DNA of 52,544 nt, counting the filler, from Bipalium vagum (lineage: Eukaryota): the NCBI GenBank assembly GCA_037834085.1. It is 3 parts of 3 records of this genome, joined end to end, with 100 filler letters (N's around TTAATTAATTAA, not from the genome) between each part and the next. Parts side by side here need not be neighbours in the genome. Positions count along the whole stretch, not along the records: positions 35,225 to 52,544 come from JBBMKC010071375.1; 2 more parts are not named here. One strand, given 5' to 3'. Below are positions 50,671 to 52,544 of the stretch, one piece after another. The first letter of the stretch is position 1, and each line of letters starts with the position of its first letter. The notes under the pieces are model-generated. The model ran no database searches, had not been told where the DNA came from, and saw only the letters and a list, made by a program, of their open reading frames with translations. A program made the position numbers and the translations under genes.

Positions 50671-52544
50671 GGTTAAACAAAATTACCTCAATGTTTATAC
50701 TTTTCTGATATTCATATAATTTTTTTTCTATATCACTTATGGAGTTATAACTTATACTTACATATAAAGCCTAAAGGTGATATAGTCCTAATATTTTAAA
50801 GTGTATTTTTCATTATAATTTTAATTAAAACTCTTTCTAAAATTTCTCCGCAAATCAATGCTTTATAATATTGAAAACATTTCTGTAAAATTTTTCCAAA
50901 AATTATTAAAAATTGAAAACCATTTAAAAATTAAGGAAATTATTTTGTTGCCATGGTTTCAAATTCTATTTTAGATTTATATTAACTAAACAAAAATTCT
51001 AAACCATTCAAATATTATTTACTTGCTTTTTCTTCTGCTATATAATCTGAAAATATGTTTATTAAAATTTTAATTATTTCAAGAATATATTAAAGTTGTG
51101 TTTTTCTGAAGTTGAATTAATTAATGATATCTTTTCATATATAAATACTGCTTTAAATTTTATAATTGGAATTTAATTAATTTCTAAATTCATTCATACA
51201 AGTTTCATAAAATAATTACATAACTAATTAATTAATTAAATTACTAATTACATTATTAATTAATTTTATTGATTATTTTCTAATCATTGTTTCTTTTTAT
51301 AAATCGTTTTTTACTTTTCTTCATTAATAATGAAATAAATAATTTATTTGTACATTTTTAAATAGAAAACATTGCTTTATTAAGAAATTATTTGAAAACT
51401 ATTTTTCAGAATAATTTTATTTTTATTATTTTTATTTATTATTTTTTTATTTAAATAAATTGATGAAGAATTAATATTTCACATATTTCTTGAAAAATCT
51501 GTTTTTAAAATTTCCTAAAAATTTTGAATAATAATTTCGAAAAAAAAACATCCAATTATATCAAATTCCAAATTGTATTCCAAATTCCAAATATTCGTCT
51601 TAAAATTTTTCGTCTGAATATGTTTGGAAAAATATATAATGAAAAATGAAATAAATTATCTTATTTGTAATATTATCAACATAAAAAACACATTTTATAG
51701 AAACAATTATAAATCCAAGATCAAAGTATTCTTTAAACGATATAAAATTTTTCTTCCATTTTTTTATTTAACCTTGTTCTATTCAAACAAAAAACTCATT
51801 TTTGTACAAATACAAAACTGTTAAGGAAATCTTTGATTATTACTTAAAATAAAAGATAATATGTTCCAGTCAGATCAAAAAACAAGTATCTTCAAGGGAT
51901 AATTAAAGGGAGAGTTATAATAGATTATCATTATGTTAATCCGGAATATTAATTAATAATTATTGAAAGGAAATTATAATTGGAGAAATAAAAAACAAAA
52001 AAAATTTAATTTAGCACCTCCTGGATAACTATTAAAACACAAAACAACGAATTTTTCCTTAATTTAATTTTGGATTGATTAAAACAATTAGAATGTCTTA
52101 AATAATCGATTAACGATGAAAGATGCTTTCATTCCGTACCTTTAATTCTATAAAGTCTAATAAGAGAAAAGACTAACCTATTATGGAAAGGTTATTATTA
52201 ACAATTGTTATCTTCGATTAGAACAGATTTCTGTGCATTATCCTCCCCCAGAACTTAGCAGGTGTCAGATTACTGATATAAAATCGTCTTGTTTTATTTA
52301 CTTTAATTATGATTTATTCTTGTAACACGAGAAATTTTAAAAATATTTTTAAAAACCTAAATAAATAAATTATAAAACTAGACGTTTTTATATGTCCACA
52401 AGAAATCGATTTGTCTGTTTATTTTGATAAATATTATTTTTTTTAAAAATTGACAAAAACTATTATGTATTAATTATCATAAGAACTTTTAAATTGGATA
52501 TGATAATAAAAGAAAGAAAAACTTATCTCCCGTTACTTAATTAT

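Overview
Very AT-rich eukaryotic (metazoan) genomic DNA in three contigs, joined by two artificial 100-bp linkers (44 N + TTAATTAATTAA + 44 N at 15884-15983 and 35125-35224), so adjacency across the linkers is not reliable. Two host genes are readable exon by exon. (1) A minus-strand PDE2-type cGMP-stimulated phosphodiesterase has seven frame-consistent GAF-A/GAF-B exons at 15495->11402, with several 43-98 nt introns. (2) A plus-strand mitochondrial ornithine aminotransferase has four exons at 24418-31316, one GC-AG intron, and its C-terminal exons are not found in the window. A third, unidentified minus-strand gene is suggested by candidate exons at 50439-50396 and 42185-42060, with a perfect RFX X-box about 220 bp upstream (possible ciliary gene). 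The rest is mostly decayed transposons: about ten mariner relics from several subfamilies, a full-length DD41D element, a Tc1 relic, Tc1/mariner and hAT MITEs, two convergent Ty3/gypsy relics, two LTR-like blocks (one highly structured) and heavily eroded LINE-like fossils. The gene content, tiny introns and TE spectrum would fit a flatworm such as a planarian, but that is inference only. Most entries in the supplied ORF track are TE fragments or spurious. I found no clearly new system; the best leads are the X-box gene, the structured LTR-like RNA, and the PDE2 GAF-B micro-exon.
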